A DNA stretch of 64,000 bases, taken from the NCBI GenBank assembly GCA_016748015.1, contig JAAOMT010000083.1, positions 31,007-95,006 of the forward strand, given 5' to 3'. This stretch comes from Geosiphon pyriformis uo1 (Eukaryota; Fungi; Glomeromycota). The position numbers were made by a program, and so were the translations under genes. Positions 1-12,800 of this stretch are shown here, piece after piece; the stretch's first letter is position 1; each line of letters starts with the position of its first letter. The notes under the pieces are model-generated. The model ran no database searches. It saw only the letters and a list, made by a program, of their open reading frames with translations, and was not told where the DNA came from.

Positions 1-3000
1 TAAACTCAGATTTTGTTTGTATTGATGCGAATACTTTTGTTCAATGTTTTAGGGCTTTTTCATTTTAGTAGAAAAATAAATAATTAGTAAATTTTTAGTT
101 AAATACTTTATGTGAAGAAACGATGAAATATAATTTTCAAAAGTTTTATTGGCAAATGATCAATATCCAAATTTCTATTCAATTTTTTTCATACGCCAAG
201 ATTTTAGTTTAATAATCAGGCTTTCGCTATAAAAATTGGTAGAAAAAGATGTATTATAAGTAGCATAGTAAATTTATATTGAAAATTTGGTTTACGAGAC
301 AAAATATATTTTATAATAAAATTATCAAAATAAATGTCTAATTTTTTTGGAGTTATTACAAAAAAATAATTTCAAATTTTATATGTGTGTATTCTCTCGA
401 TATACCGCAAGCATTTTAGAATAATGGTTGGCTGCTTATTTCTCTACACTTTCATACTGATTTCAGATTAAATAAAATAGGCTAAAATATTTACTAAATT
501 TTCCTTTTTTTTTTATAATAAGAAAAAATGTGAGACCATCTCTAACTATTTATTCTAATGGTAAGTTCTTAATAAATTCTTTGCTGAGCATTAATAAATT
601 AAAATTCTATAAGTGTAGAAGTTTTAATAGTTTGTTATTACTAATTAGCATTGTGAAGATATTTCCCTAAGAATTATAAAATATTTCTAAAATAAATAAA
701 AAAAAATTATAGATAAATTTTATAATGCTAGAAAGGCTTTTTAAATTTTTTGAAATCATTAATTATTTTTTGATTTTCAAAGGTTTTTATCAATTAACGC
801 AATAATTATAAAATTGTTTATTGCATATATATTAGATAAAATAAATAAATAGATAAAATCCAAAGTGATTGACTTAATATTATTTATATTTCATTAAGCT
901 TTTCATATCCTGAAACTTTTTTTTAAATAAAAGGAATTATTTTCAAAGATAACTAAAACTTTTTACTGTATTTTGATTGGGTGTATTACTCCTTTTAGGT
1001 TTGAAATGAAACAAAATTTTAATATTTAAACAAATTAAAAGTATTTATGTAATAAAATTATTTCAAAGTAAATATTATAGTATATATCTTATATGCTTTT
1101 TAAATTTTTTAATATTAATATAAAATTATCTTCTTTCCCAAAGATATATATATGAAAAGAATAATAGTGTGATTTAAACCTTAAATTTTATTCTAAGAAT
1201 CAAATTTTTATATATAACTGTAGTTTTATGACATACTTTGATATGGATCATCAACCCAATTCACGAGATATATCTCTAAAAAACAATTTAGTATTCTCAT
1301 ACAGAGAAAACCCCCCTAGGATATGCATTAAATTAATTAAAGCAAATTAATTTCATATAAAATATAAAAAGCAATTGTTGAAAAGTTAAATTAAAAATAC
1401 TTTGTTACTAATACTAAGTGAAAAAAATTCATATTTGCTAAATGATTAATTTTTTTATTATTAGTGAGATTCAATCAAATTCTCAACCCATTTCGATGAA
1501 CGAGGTTAAATTGGAGAGTTATTTTTGCCAATTTTTACAGCATTTTCACATTTTCACATATTTCTGAAGTAATATCTGATATTTTATTGTTTAATTTTTG
1601 TTAATCAAAAAAGCAGGTATCTTCTCTAGAAATAAAACTTGATTTGAGTTGATTCGGTTATATGGATTTGGTGCTATTTTAATAAGTCTTCTTTGATTTT
1701 TATAAAGTATATTGAAGATTTCTCTTCATTTGTTCTAAATTCGCAGCAGTATTTGTGGGCCTAAAACTACATTTATCTGAGCAAAAAAAATTTCTCCTTT
1801 TCGGCGATGAAATTTTTTTTTAAATGCGACAAAAGGTTGAGAAAAACCATTTTCATCTTTAATATGTTTTAGATAATTTGATTTCATAAATGTGTTAAAA
1901 AATTTTTTATGCTAAATCTGAATCAAAAATTATTTATTCTTTACTTTTTCAAAATTTAGATCACCCAATTATTTATAAAAGAATAATCTTTTTTGAAGTC
2001 GGTTAAATAATATTTGAAGTTATTTAAATTTAAAAAAGGAAAGCTGCTTTATTTTGTATTGAAAATAGCAACAAAATAATTAACGACGAATTTTCAATGA
2101 AATTAGTTGAAAATATGATTCATAGATAAGTTTCCTAGAATACTTAAAAAAAAGTTGTTGGAAGGCAACGACTGAAAAACGCCTGGTCTTGGGGCAAAAT
2201 ACAGCATTGGACATCGCTTTTCATTTATTGTTTTCTATTACGTCACAAAACCTGTAAAAAAAACAATATTCCCTATTCTGAAACAGTTGCTTTTATAAAA
2301 ACGATCATAACTTCAACTAGTGCATAAAAATCATATGAAAAGCATATCATTCAATATCGATTTATGGGAGTTCGCACTGCCTCTTCATTTGATCCGACTA
2401 ACTTCTTAAGGTAAATTAGGGGTTATTTCGCCACCTTAAAAAGTTTTCAATCCGGGCTATTAGCTGCTAATCTATGACATCAGGCATATGTTCTGCAAAA
2501 AAATTCTTATCTTACCGAAACCGCCTAATCGCCGGTAAGTGATTCTGGAAAATTTCTGTATAAAATCTAGTAAGAAAATATTTGCAAAATGGGCTGAAAT
2601 TCGGGATATTTGATTGGTAGATATGCATGTATTAGCATTAATATTTATCCTAAAAATTGAGGTAAAAGACGCTTAAAACAGTTAACAATTTTAAACTGAA
2701 TATCAAGTTAAATATTAAAAATTTGGGATTTCTTCATAATAAAATTCATAAAGCAGTTCCTATATAATCATTTTGATTAAAGAATATCTATAAATGAGCT
2801 ATTGAAACCAGATTTTCATTTAAAACTAAAAATAGCAATAAGATAATGACAAGCATTGTCAACCTTTTTGCCTCTTGAGTCCCAGACGATCTCTATCCGT
2901 TTAAGAATATAAATGAGGGTCTATTTTCAGAACTTAATTTCCCACTCTAGTATTTCAGATTTCTTTGCATTATACGTTGAAATCTTTATTTATTAGTGAG

Positions 3001-3077
3001 ACGAACTCTTTAAAAATTCTTCCAGTACCCACACAAATATTCAAAGTTTAAGAATCAAGTTTTATTGCTTGAAAATC

Positions 3078-6000
3078 ATGTCTTCGACTTCATCAATTGA
3101 AAATGTAACTTCACACACCGATTGGCTTGAAGCAGCATTCATAGTCATCAAAGAAAGTTTGGCCATTTTTCCAGCTAGTGAATATTCAAAAGTTGCTGAC
3201 TTGGTGAAAAAATATCTTGTGCGCAATCAGAAAACACCTGAAGACTTTTTCAATTGCTTGAATAATAAAAGTTCAAAGCGCTCAATAGACTATATTTTGT
3301 TGGGGTTTTCTTTAGAACATGGGGTTGGAACTATTCCTAATTTAACAAAAGCATTTTTAGAATTCCAGAAAGCAGCGAATCAAGAAGATTCTTTTGGACA
3401 ATTCTTCTTAGGATGTTGTTATAATCATGGAATTGGTACTTCACAAGATCGAGGAAAAGCATTTGAACTCTTTTCAAGAGCAGCAGAGGTGGGACATACA
3501 AGTGCACAAAATAGTCTTGGAGTTTGTTATGAAAATGGATGGGGAACGACAAAAAATGAGAAAAAAGCATTTGAACTCTATTCAAAAGCTGCAGAGGTGG
3601 GTAATACAATTGCACAATATAATCTTGCGCTTTCTCATAAAAATGGAAAAGGAACGACGAAAAGTGAGAAAAAAGCGTTTGAACTCTATTCAAAAGCTGC
3701 AGAAGCGGGTAATATAAATGCACACTTAAGTCTTGTACTTTGTTATGAAAATGGATGGGGAACGAAGAAAAATGAGGAAAAAGCATTTGAACTCTGTTCA
3801 AAAGTTGCAGAGGCAGGAAATACAATTGCACAATTTATTCTCGGATTTTATTATGAAAATGGATTAGGAACGACGAAAAATGAGGAAAAAGCATTTCAAC
3901 TCTATTCAAAAGCTGCAGCAGCTGGTAATATGAATGCACAACAGAGTCTCGCCCTTTGTTATCAAAATGGAAAGGGAACGACAAAAAATGAGGAAAAAGC
4001 ATTTGAACTCTTTTCAAGAGCAGCAGAGGCGGGAGATCCAATTGCACAATTTATTCTCGCACTTTATTATGAAAATGGATTAGGAACGACAAAGAATGAG
4101 GAAAAAGCATTTGAACTCTATTCAAAAGCTGCAGAGGGGGGTAATATAAATGCGTACTTAGGTCTCGCACTTTGTTATAAGAATGGAAGGGGAACGACAA
4201 AAAATGAGGAAAAAGCATTTGAACTCTATTCAAAAGCTGCAGAGGGGGGTAATATAAATGCGTACTTAGGTCTCGCACTTTGTTATCAAAATGGATTAGG
4301 AACGACGAAAAATGAGGAAAAAGCATTCGAGCTCTATTCAAAAGCTGCAGAGGCGGGTAATACGAATGCACAATATAGTCTCGCATTTTATTATCAAAGT
4401 GGAATTGGAACGACGAAAAATGAGGAAAAAGCATTTGAAATCTATTCAAAAGCTGCAGAGGCGGGAGATACAATTGCACAATTTATTCTCGCCCTTTGTT
4501 ATCAAAATGGATTAGGAACGACAAAAAATGAGGAAAAAGCATTTCAACTCTATTCAAAAGCTGCAGCAGCTGGTAATACGAATGCACAACATAGTCTCGC
4601 CCTTTGTTATCAAAATGGATTAGGAACGACGAAAAATGAGGTAAAAGCATTTGAGCTCTATTCAAAAGCTGCAGAGGCGGGTAATACGATTGCACAACAT
4701 AGTCTCGCATTTTATTATCAACGTGGAATTGGAACGACGAAAAATGAGGAAAAAGCATTTGAACTCTTTTCAAGAGCAGCAAAGGCGGGTGATATAAATG
4801 CACAACAGAGTCTCGCACTTTGTTATCAAAATGGATTAGGAACGACGAAAAATGAGGAAAAAGCATTCGAGCTCTATTCAAAAGCTGCAAAGACGGGTAA
4901 TACGAATGCACAACATAGTCTTGCACTTTGTTATCAAACTGGAATGGGAACGACGAAAAATGAGGAAAAAGCATTTGAAATCTTTTCAAAAGCTGCAGAG
5001 GTGGGAGATACAATTGCACAATTTATTCTCGCACTTTATTATGAAAATGGATTAGGAACGATGAAGAATGAGGAAAAAGCATTTGAACTCTATTCTAAAG
5101 CTGCAGAGGGGGGTAATACAATTGCATACCTAGGTCTTGGACTTTGTTATCAGAATGGATTGGGAACGACAAAAAATGAGGAAAAAGCATTTGAACTTTT
5201 TTCAAGAGCAGCAAAGGCGGGTGATATAAATGCACAACAGAGTCTCGCACTTTGTTATCAAAATGGATTAGGAACGACAAAAAATGAGGAAAAAGCATTC
5301 GAGCTCTATTCAAAAGCTGCAGAGGCGGGTAATATAAATTCATACTTAAGTCTCGCGCTTTGTTATAAAAAAGGAAGTGGAACGACGAAAAATGAGGAAA
5401 AAGCATTTGAATTCTATTCAAAAGCTATAGAGGGGGGAGATTCGTGTGCACAATATAGTCTCGCACTTTGTTATCAAAATGGATTAGGAACGACAAAAAA
5501 TGAGGAAAAAGCATTTGAACTTTATTCAAAAGCTGCAGAGGCGGGACATAAAATCGCACAATTAAAATTCGCACTTTGTTATCAGAATGGATTAGGAACG
5601 ACCAAAAATGAGGAAAAAGCATTTGAAATCTTTTCAAAAGCTGCAGAGACGGGAGATACAACTGCACAACAGTATCTCGCACTTTGTTATCAAAGTGGAA
5701 GGGGAACGACGAAAAATGAGGAAAAAGCATTTGAATTCTATTCAAAAGCTATAAAGGGGGGAGATTCGTGTGCACAATATAGTCTCGCACTTTGTTATCA
5801 AAATGGATTAGGAACGACAAAAAATGAGGAAAAAGCATTTGAACTTTATTCAAAAGCTGCAGAGGCGGGTAGTACAATTGCACAATACAGTCTCGCACGA
5901 TGTTATCAAAATGGAAGGGGAACGACGAAAAATGAGGAAAAAGCATTTGAACTTTATTCACAATCTGCAGAGGCGGGAGATTCAGATGCACAATTTAATC

Positions 6001-8339
6001 TCGCACTTTGTTATCAAAATGGATGGGGAACGACGAAAAATGTGGAAAAAGCATTTCAACTCTATTCAAAAGGTGCAGAGGCTGGAGATTCAGATGCACA
6101 ATTTAGTATCGCACTTTGTTATGAAAATGGATGGGGCACAACGAAAAATGAGGAAAAAGCATTTGAACTCTATTCAAAAGCCGCAGAGGTGGGTAATATA
6201 AAAGCACAATACGGTCTCATACTTTGTTATCAAAATGGAAGGGGAACACCGAAAAATGAGGAAAAAGCATTTGAACTCTACTCAAAAGCTGCAAATGCTG
6301 GTAATGTAAATACACATTTAAGTCTCGCACTTTGTTATGAAAATGGAAGGGGAACGACGAAAAATGAGGAAAAAGCATTTGAATTCTATTCAAAAGCTGC
6401 AAAAGCGGGAGATATAGTTGCACAACACCGTTTGGGACTTTATTTTCATAGTGGATCGGCGACAACAAAAGATCTTGAAGAAGTGAAAAATCCAAGTCCA
6501 GAAAACAATCTTGAAACGCGTCATCGAAATGAATGGGCAACTGCGAGGGATCTGGAAAAAGCATTTGAACTTTATTCAAAAACAGCCGAAGAAAGAAATA
6601 CAAGTGCACTATATAATCTTGGCTGGTGCTATCAAAACGGGTGGGGAACAACAAAAAATTTGGAAAAAGCATTTGAACTCTATTTAAAAGCAGCAGAGAC
6701 AAATAACTTAAACCAACGAAGTGAATTTCCTGATTTGAAAGCCTTTTATCTCACTTTTAAGGATAAGGATCAAGATGAGCTGGAACGTTTCATTTTACAG
6801 TTCCAAACTCGAGGTTTAAAATGGGCCTTTAATTCCAAAGAAGAATGTATAGATTTTGAAGTCTTTTTTGATCAGCTTTCAAATCAATTCAAATGTCTTA
6901 GATGTGGCAACTTGGGTTTAATCATTAGTAGATCTATTGACGAAATTGATAATATCTTTGAAGCAGGCTTGCCCAAATGTCCATTTTGTGATGATATCTC
7001 TACCCACTTACCGAAATGTCCAGAATGCTATCACAGATTAAAAGATCCACTTTGGTGTCAGTCCTGTGAAATATCACGATTTTCAAAGAATTTTGAACCA
7101 TCGATTAGTGGAAATATAAATATTGATATATATATAACATATACACAGATTATTTCTAAAAGCTCCAGGGAATGTTTGGAATGGATTTCTCCCGACGAGA
7201 TCACATTTTTAGATGAGGTGGGAACGGGAGGATTTGGTATTGTCAAAGAAGGTAGATGGGAGGGAGGCAGAATTCTATTTTGGGACAAGAAAAATCAAAA
7301 ATATGAACGAACTGGAGTTATGAAAGTTGCTTTAAAATGTCTCAAAGATAGCCAAAATATAAAATATATCAATTCATATGAGGTATCTCCTTTTAAGTAA
7401 TTTATATGATTTTTGGTTATTATTATCCCTATTTCTTTTTTAACACTAAAATATTTGTATTTAAATAGTTTATTGCGCATCTTAGAAGTGCCTCTTGCAA
7501 ATACGTCCTTGAATGCTATGGAATAACCAAAGATGTTACAACCAATGAATTTATTATGGTTTTACCATTTGCGGAACACGGTGACCTCAGAGCTTTTCTC
7601 AAAGTGAACAAAGATACTTTTACTTGGGAAATGATTCTTCATATTCTTTTTCAAATTGCCAGTGGCCTAAGGTTTATACATGAATCAGAACTAGTGCATG
7701 GTGATTTACATCCTGGAAATATCCTTATATTGAAATCAAACCCCTTAAAAGTTGCCATTGCGGATCTAGGACTCTGTCGTCCTGCTAATTACTCTCCAGA
7801 GCCTGGCGAAATATTTGGTGTTGTTCGATACCTAGCGCCTGAAATTTGTAACTTGTCACCTCATACTAAGCATACCAAGTACAGCGATATTTATAGTTGT
7901 GCTATCATTTTCTGGGAAATTATTTCAGGAGTAAGACCGTGGAATCATGTTATAGATCTTATGTCTATTCAATTATCTATAATTCAGGGAAAGCGCCCTT
8001 TAATCGAAAAGCATATACCTCAATGTATCCGAGAAATGATTGAAAAAAATTGGGCTGATGAACCGCATTGCCGTGATAGTGCGGAAGAACTTCAAAAAAG
8101 GGTTATTGCTGCTCACGACAACTGTAACTTAAATGAATCTGTTCTTAAAAACAAACTTAATTCCAAAAAGATACAAGATACGACATATTATAGAAGTCGT
8201 AAAATCTCAAGCCCTATAGTTTCTCAAAATGGTAAGCCTTTCATTTATTATATTTTAATATATAATGAAATTTGGTTTAACCACATTTTTTTCAGAGTTA
8301 GATTTGGCATTTGATAGCAATAATGGGTTAAATTCATAA
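3078..8339 (+). CDS. Sel1-like repeat (SLR) array + Cys-rich module + tyrosine-kinase-like protein kinase; exons 3078-7382, 7469-8231, 8296-8339 (~1703 aa)
   Basis: First ATG at 3078 in ORF 3069-7400. The intron 7383-7468 (GTATCT...TAG) joins YE|FIAHLRS in frame with ORF 7556-8314. The intron 8232-8295 (GTAAGC...TTCAG) leads to a short last exon ending TAA at 8337-8339. Kinase motifs: GTGGFG, VALK, HGDLHPGNIL, DLG, YLAPE, SDIYS, WEIISG. Confidence 0.9.
3288..6702 (+). repeat. In-frame tandem array of about 31 x 108-bp (36-aa) Sel1-like repeats
   Basis: Consensus xxAQxxLAxCYxNGxGTTKNEEKAFELYSKAAEAGx with strict 108-nt periodicity. The terminal repeats are degenerate, and one repeat near 6470-6540 is interrupted. 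Confidence 0.95.
7383..7468 (+). other. Spliceosomal intron 1 of the SLR-kinase gene (86 nt)
   Basis: GT...AG borders, AT-rich, contains the in-frame stop at 7398-7400. Removing it restores a continuous kinase N-lobe. Confidence 0.85.
8232..8295 (+). other. Spliceosomal intron 2 of the SLR-kinase gene (64 nt)
   Basis: GTAAGC donor, and a pyrimidine tract plus CAG acceptor. Confidence 0.7.
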
Positions 8340-9802
8340 TTCTTTGTTGGTATGTATACAAATTAGGACAAATTTCTTAAGTATAATAATGCTTCTCTTT
8401 TACACGATATATGTAATAAAAGTAATTTTTTCATTCTAACTTTATTATTGAAAAACCTATTTTTACTAATGGGTTGCGTTTAGATATCAATTCAATAAAA
8501 AACAAAATTTGTGTCTAAAATAGAATAGCATTCTATGCAGTAAAGAATACCTCCTCCAAGTTAGCTTCTATTCGTGGCTCTCGGTTTCCTTCCACATATT
8601 TTCTATTGGACTACCATCTGGCGATTGTGGAGGCTATTTCAAAGTCACAATTCCAAGATTATCTTGGAGTACTTACATTTGTATAAAAGATTTTTTTACT
8701 CAAAAAAACATATTCCCAATCACTTATTTTTATTTGCATAGATAACATAATATTTAAATTTAGTATTTAATAATGACATTATATAAATTGTACACTTATC
8801 AATTTTTGAGGGTATTTTACAATTTAGAATTCAGTTTTTGATGGACTTTTAAGATTTTCAACTTTAATCAAATCAAATACCTTTTATCCCTCGATTTTAT
8901 GATTTACAATGCAAATTTCAAAACCAAAGAAAAAATAAGAATGATATAAATATTCAAATATTTTTAGGGAAAACCAAAGATATATTTTTTAACTTAATAA
9001 AAATAAAAAACTTTTACTCAAATATAATTTAAGAACAAGTATAAGTCTGCATATGTTTTTTTAATAAATATACTTGAAAATTAATAAAAAGCTAAATATC
9101 AGATGTTTTTTGATAAATGTAATTTTTGACAAAATCACTAAACATAAAAATCTCCAATAAATTGTTTCGCTTGGAAGATTAATAAATTTTAATATTAAAA
9201 AACAGGATTTAAAACGCAAATTAAAAACTATTAGATAGATCTGTTTAAATTTTTTATTATTTTTAAAGAAATTACAAGAAATAAGTTTCATACATGCAAA
9301 ATGCTATAAGCTATTACGGAAAGTCACATTCTAATAATCAATATTTAAGCTTTAAAATTATCAATCATAAAATTAAGCAAATAGGAATTACTAAAATAGA
9401 AAATCTTTGTTGAATTGAAAAGTTATTACAATGGTTAAAAAGTAAGGCTATAGAAAAAAATAAAAAAAATTTCATTTAAAGATAATCTTCATTTTATGTT
9501 TATACATACATATTTAATAATATTTTTGCCTAAACTTGACACAAATGTTTAAATAAAAATGATTTTCAAGTTCATAATACATTATAATGTTAAACTTAAG
9601 TTACCCAAACTTTATTGATTTTTTTTTGAGAAATCAAGCCTTTATTTCAGATATTGAATTTTAAATTTACAATGAAATCCAAAAAATTATTGATTAAGCT
9701 ATCAATAAATTTTTGAATTTGTTTTTGATTCTGAAAATAAAAATATTGATATCATTATCGTTCAACCAATTAATCTATTGGTTTTTTAGCTAAATTAATA
9801 AG

Positions 9803-12800
9803 CACTGGTTCAAATAATTTGTTAAGATAATATATTTATTTAATATTATTTTAGAAATATTATATAGTATTAATAAAATATTGTTAATAAATATATCTAA
9901 ATGATATAATATTATATATATATTTTTATATTTTTTATATATATTTTTTTATAAATATTAATATTTTAAAATAAATTCAAAATATATTAAAATATTATAA
10001 ATCTAATTATATTTATAAATTAATTTAATTATTTAATATCAATTTAACTATGATTAATGTATGATTGCATAATATATCATCATAATAATATAATATCTTA
10101 TGCATCAAATTATTTTTATTATATATATTATATTTTTTAATATTTTGTATCTTTTAATTTTCAAATATGACTTTAAAAAAGTGTTTTTGTGCAAAAGACC
10201 GAGGAAAAAAAGTTGATATTCGAAAATGGTGAAAACATAACAAACAAATGCTTTCTGAACAATTTTCATGAAGTGCGACTGAATTATATACAACAACTTC
10301 ATCATATTCAACAAAAACAAAATACAATACCAGTATTAAAGATTCGACTCCAATAATTAATGAAACTCCAATAATCAATGAAAAATTAATTAAAGATAAT
10401 ACAGAAATATTGATGAACATAATATTGAATCCAATATAATAGAAATAGATAATAAAATTTTAAATTATATAATATTATTTCTAAAATTAATATTAATTTG
10501 TAAAAAATTGAATTTAGATCCAAATCGAAAAATGTTACCACAAATTTCATCGAAAATGAAATATAAAAGACAACAACAACTATTGCCTGCTGAAGAATTA
10601 AACATATTTGCCAATAATATATTACCTAATTCAATAGAATCTGATAAACAATTTGGAATTATTGAAGATTCATTAATCCTTTTGGATAATAATAATGATT
10701 ATGATAAGTTTATCAATGAATTAGCAACTTCTATTTCTAATATTCCATTACAATCATTAGAACCAATTGGAAATCTTAAACAACCAATATTATTTATTGT
10801 ACCTATTCATATACAATGGACAATTTTATTTATTTATTTATTTCAATCAGCATATCATCTTTTATCAACAAGTATTGCAATTCTAATTAAATTTATTTGG
10901 ACTTTTTTATTATTTTTAGGACAAACAACAATACCAAAAAGTTTATATTTAAATCGTCAAATCCTTGGAATAACTGACAATATTAAAAAATATATTTGTT
11001 TATCATGTTATTAATTATACAATTTGGATCAATATGCCAGTAAAAATTAGCAATATTAATGTACCAAGAACAATTGTGAACATAATTTCAAGAAAATAAT
11101 TTTAACATCTAAAAGAAAATATTTTTATAAAGTATGTATTATTATGTTTTATTTATTTATTTTAATTATTTACTATTTATTTTATTTTATTTTTTATTTA
11201 TTTATATTTAATTTTTAATTTAAATTTTATTATAGCCAATTAAAAAATTTTCATATTCTTCAATTATTCAACAAATTGGAAAATTTCTTAATCAACCAAA
11301 TGTTGAAACAATAATAAATCATTAAACAATACATTAAAATATTCCAAATAATATTTTTTCAGATATTTATAATAGTCAAATTGAGAAAACATTTAAAGAT
11401 CAAAATAATAACCAATTTTTTAATATTAATACTATTAAAAAACAACTTGAATTGGCTTTAAATATAGATTGGTTTGAATCTACTAAACATATAATTTATT
11501 CAGTTGGAGCTATTTATCTTACAATTCTCAATTTTCCAGGACATTTATGCTTCAAAATACTCTATTAGTTAGCATTATTTCTGGTCCACAAAACCATCAG
11601 TTGAAAAAATTCAAGGATATTTAATTCTAATAGTTAATGAATTATTACAATTATGAATAGGACAAATATTTTTAACTCCTTAATATTCAATTAGAAAAAA
11701 ATTTCAAGCTACTTTAATTTTAATATTATATGATATATCAACAACTCGAAAGATAAGTATTTGTCTTGTATAATCATTTTTAAATTAATTTATTAATTAT
11801 CTTATGATTAGATTTGTAGTTTTTTAGGACATTCATCACATTATGTTTTTAATAAATATAAAAAAACATTTAATTCATTTAGTAATAATAAAAATACAAA
11901 AATTGATTATTCTGACTTTAAAAAATATCCATTAAAAGATTCTAATATTTAATAACATTCCGTATAAGATTGGCTAATAGGCTTAAAAAAAATACATCAA
12001 CAAATTGAAAAAACATTTAGAGTATATTAAACACTATTTCTTTAACTTCTATATATAAATATTTAATAATTTACTATTATTGATTTTATATATAATATTT
12101 TTTTGGGTATTAAACAATGAATGTTAACTAAATAGATAAGTAAATCTAATTTAATAATTGGAAAATCACAGCTTTAAAATATATAAAATATTATTAATAA
12201 TATATTTTTACTATTTTAATATTAGTTATATACTATTTAGACTTTTTTTAGTTAATTGCAGATTAATAAAAAATGTGGATTTTAATTTATTTAACATTTA
12301 TATTTCATGAATATTTGGATGATAATTAACAACTAAATTGGCAAAACTTTGTTAATTTAATATTATTTTAAAGCCAAAGAATATTAATAATTAAAAAGTT
12401 CAACTTGGTTATAAGCTAATAATTAAGTTTCTTAAGTTAACTAAAAGTCTTTATAGTAAGCAATTTATTACTCTGAATATGTATATATTTACTTCAAAAA
12501 AATTTTGATTATGGTCTATTTTATGTATATTGATATTTTGCTTATAAATAAATGAATAAGTAAATATTTGTTTTATTTGTTTTTAATATAATAACTTAAT
12601 AAAAATAAAATTATAAAATTATAAAAATTATTAACTATATCAATATCAAATTATTCTATTGAATTAAAGTTATAAATTAAATTAATTAACAAATTTAAGT
12701 ACAACAAATTAGCACAAAAAGTAGTATCAACTTTTTTAAAATTAATTATGAAATCTTTAATATTATTAAAATTATTTAATCTATTAATTAAAGGTACTCT

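Noticed and set aside
3400-6400. CRISPR-like look (constant ~30-nt block alternating with variable blocks)
   Set aside because: The variable parts are homologous to each other, the whole array is one open frame encoding SLRs, the context is eukaryotic and there are no cas genes.
3337-6702. Series of antisense and alternative-frame ORFs (65-180 aa) over the SLR array
   Set aside because: Shadow ORFs produced by the 108-nt periodic coding repeat; no independent coding signal.
8652-8668. Perfect 8-bp inverted repeat TCCAAGAT-T-ATCTTGGA downstream of the kinase gene
   Set aside because: Short enough to occur by chance in 64 kb, with no supporting context.
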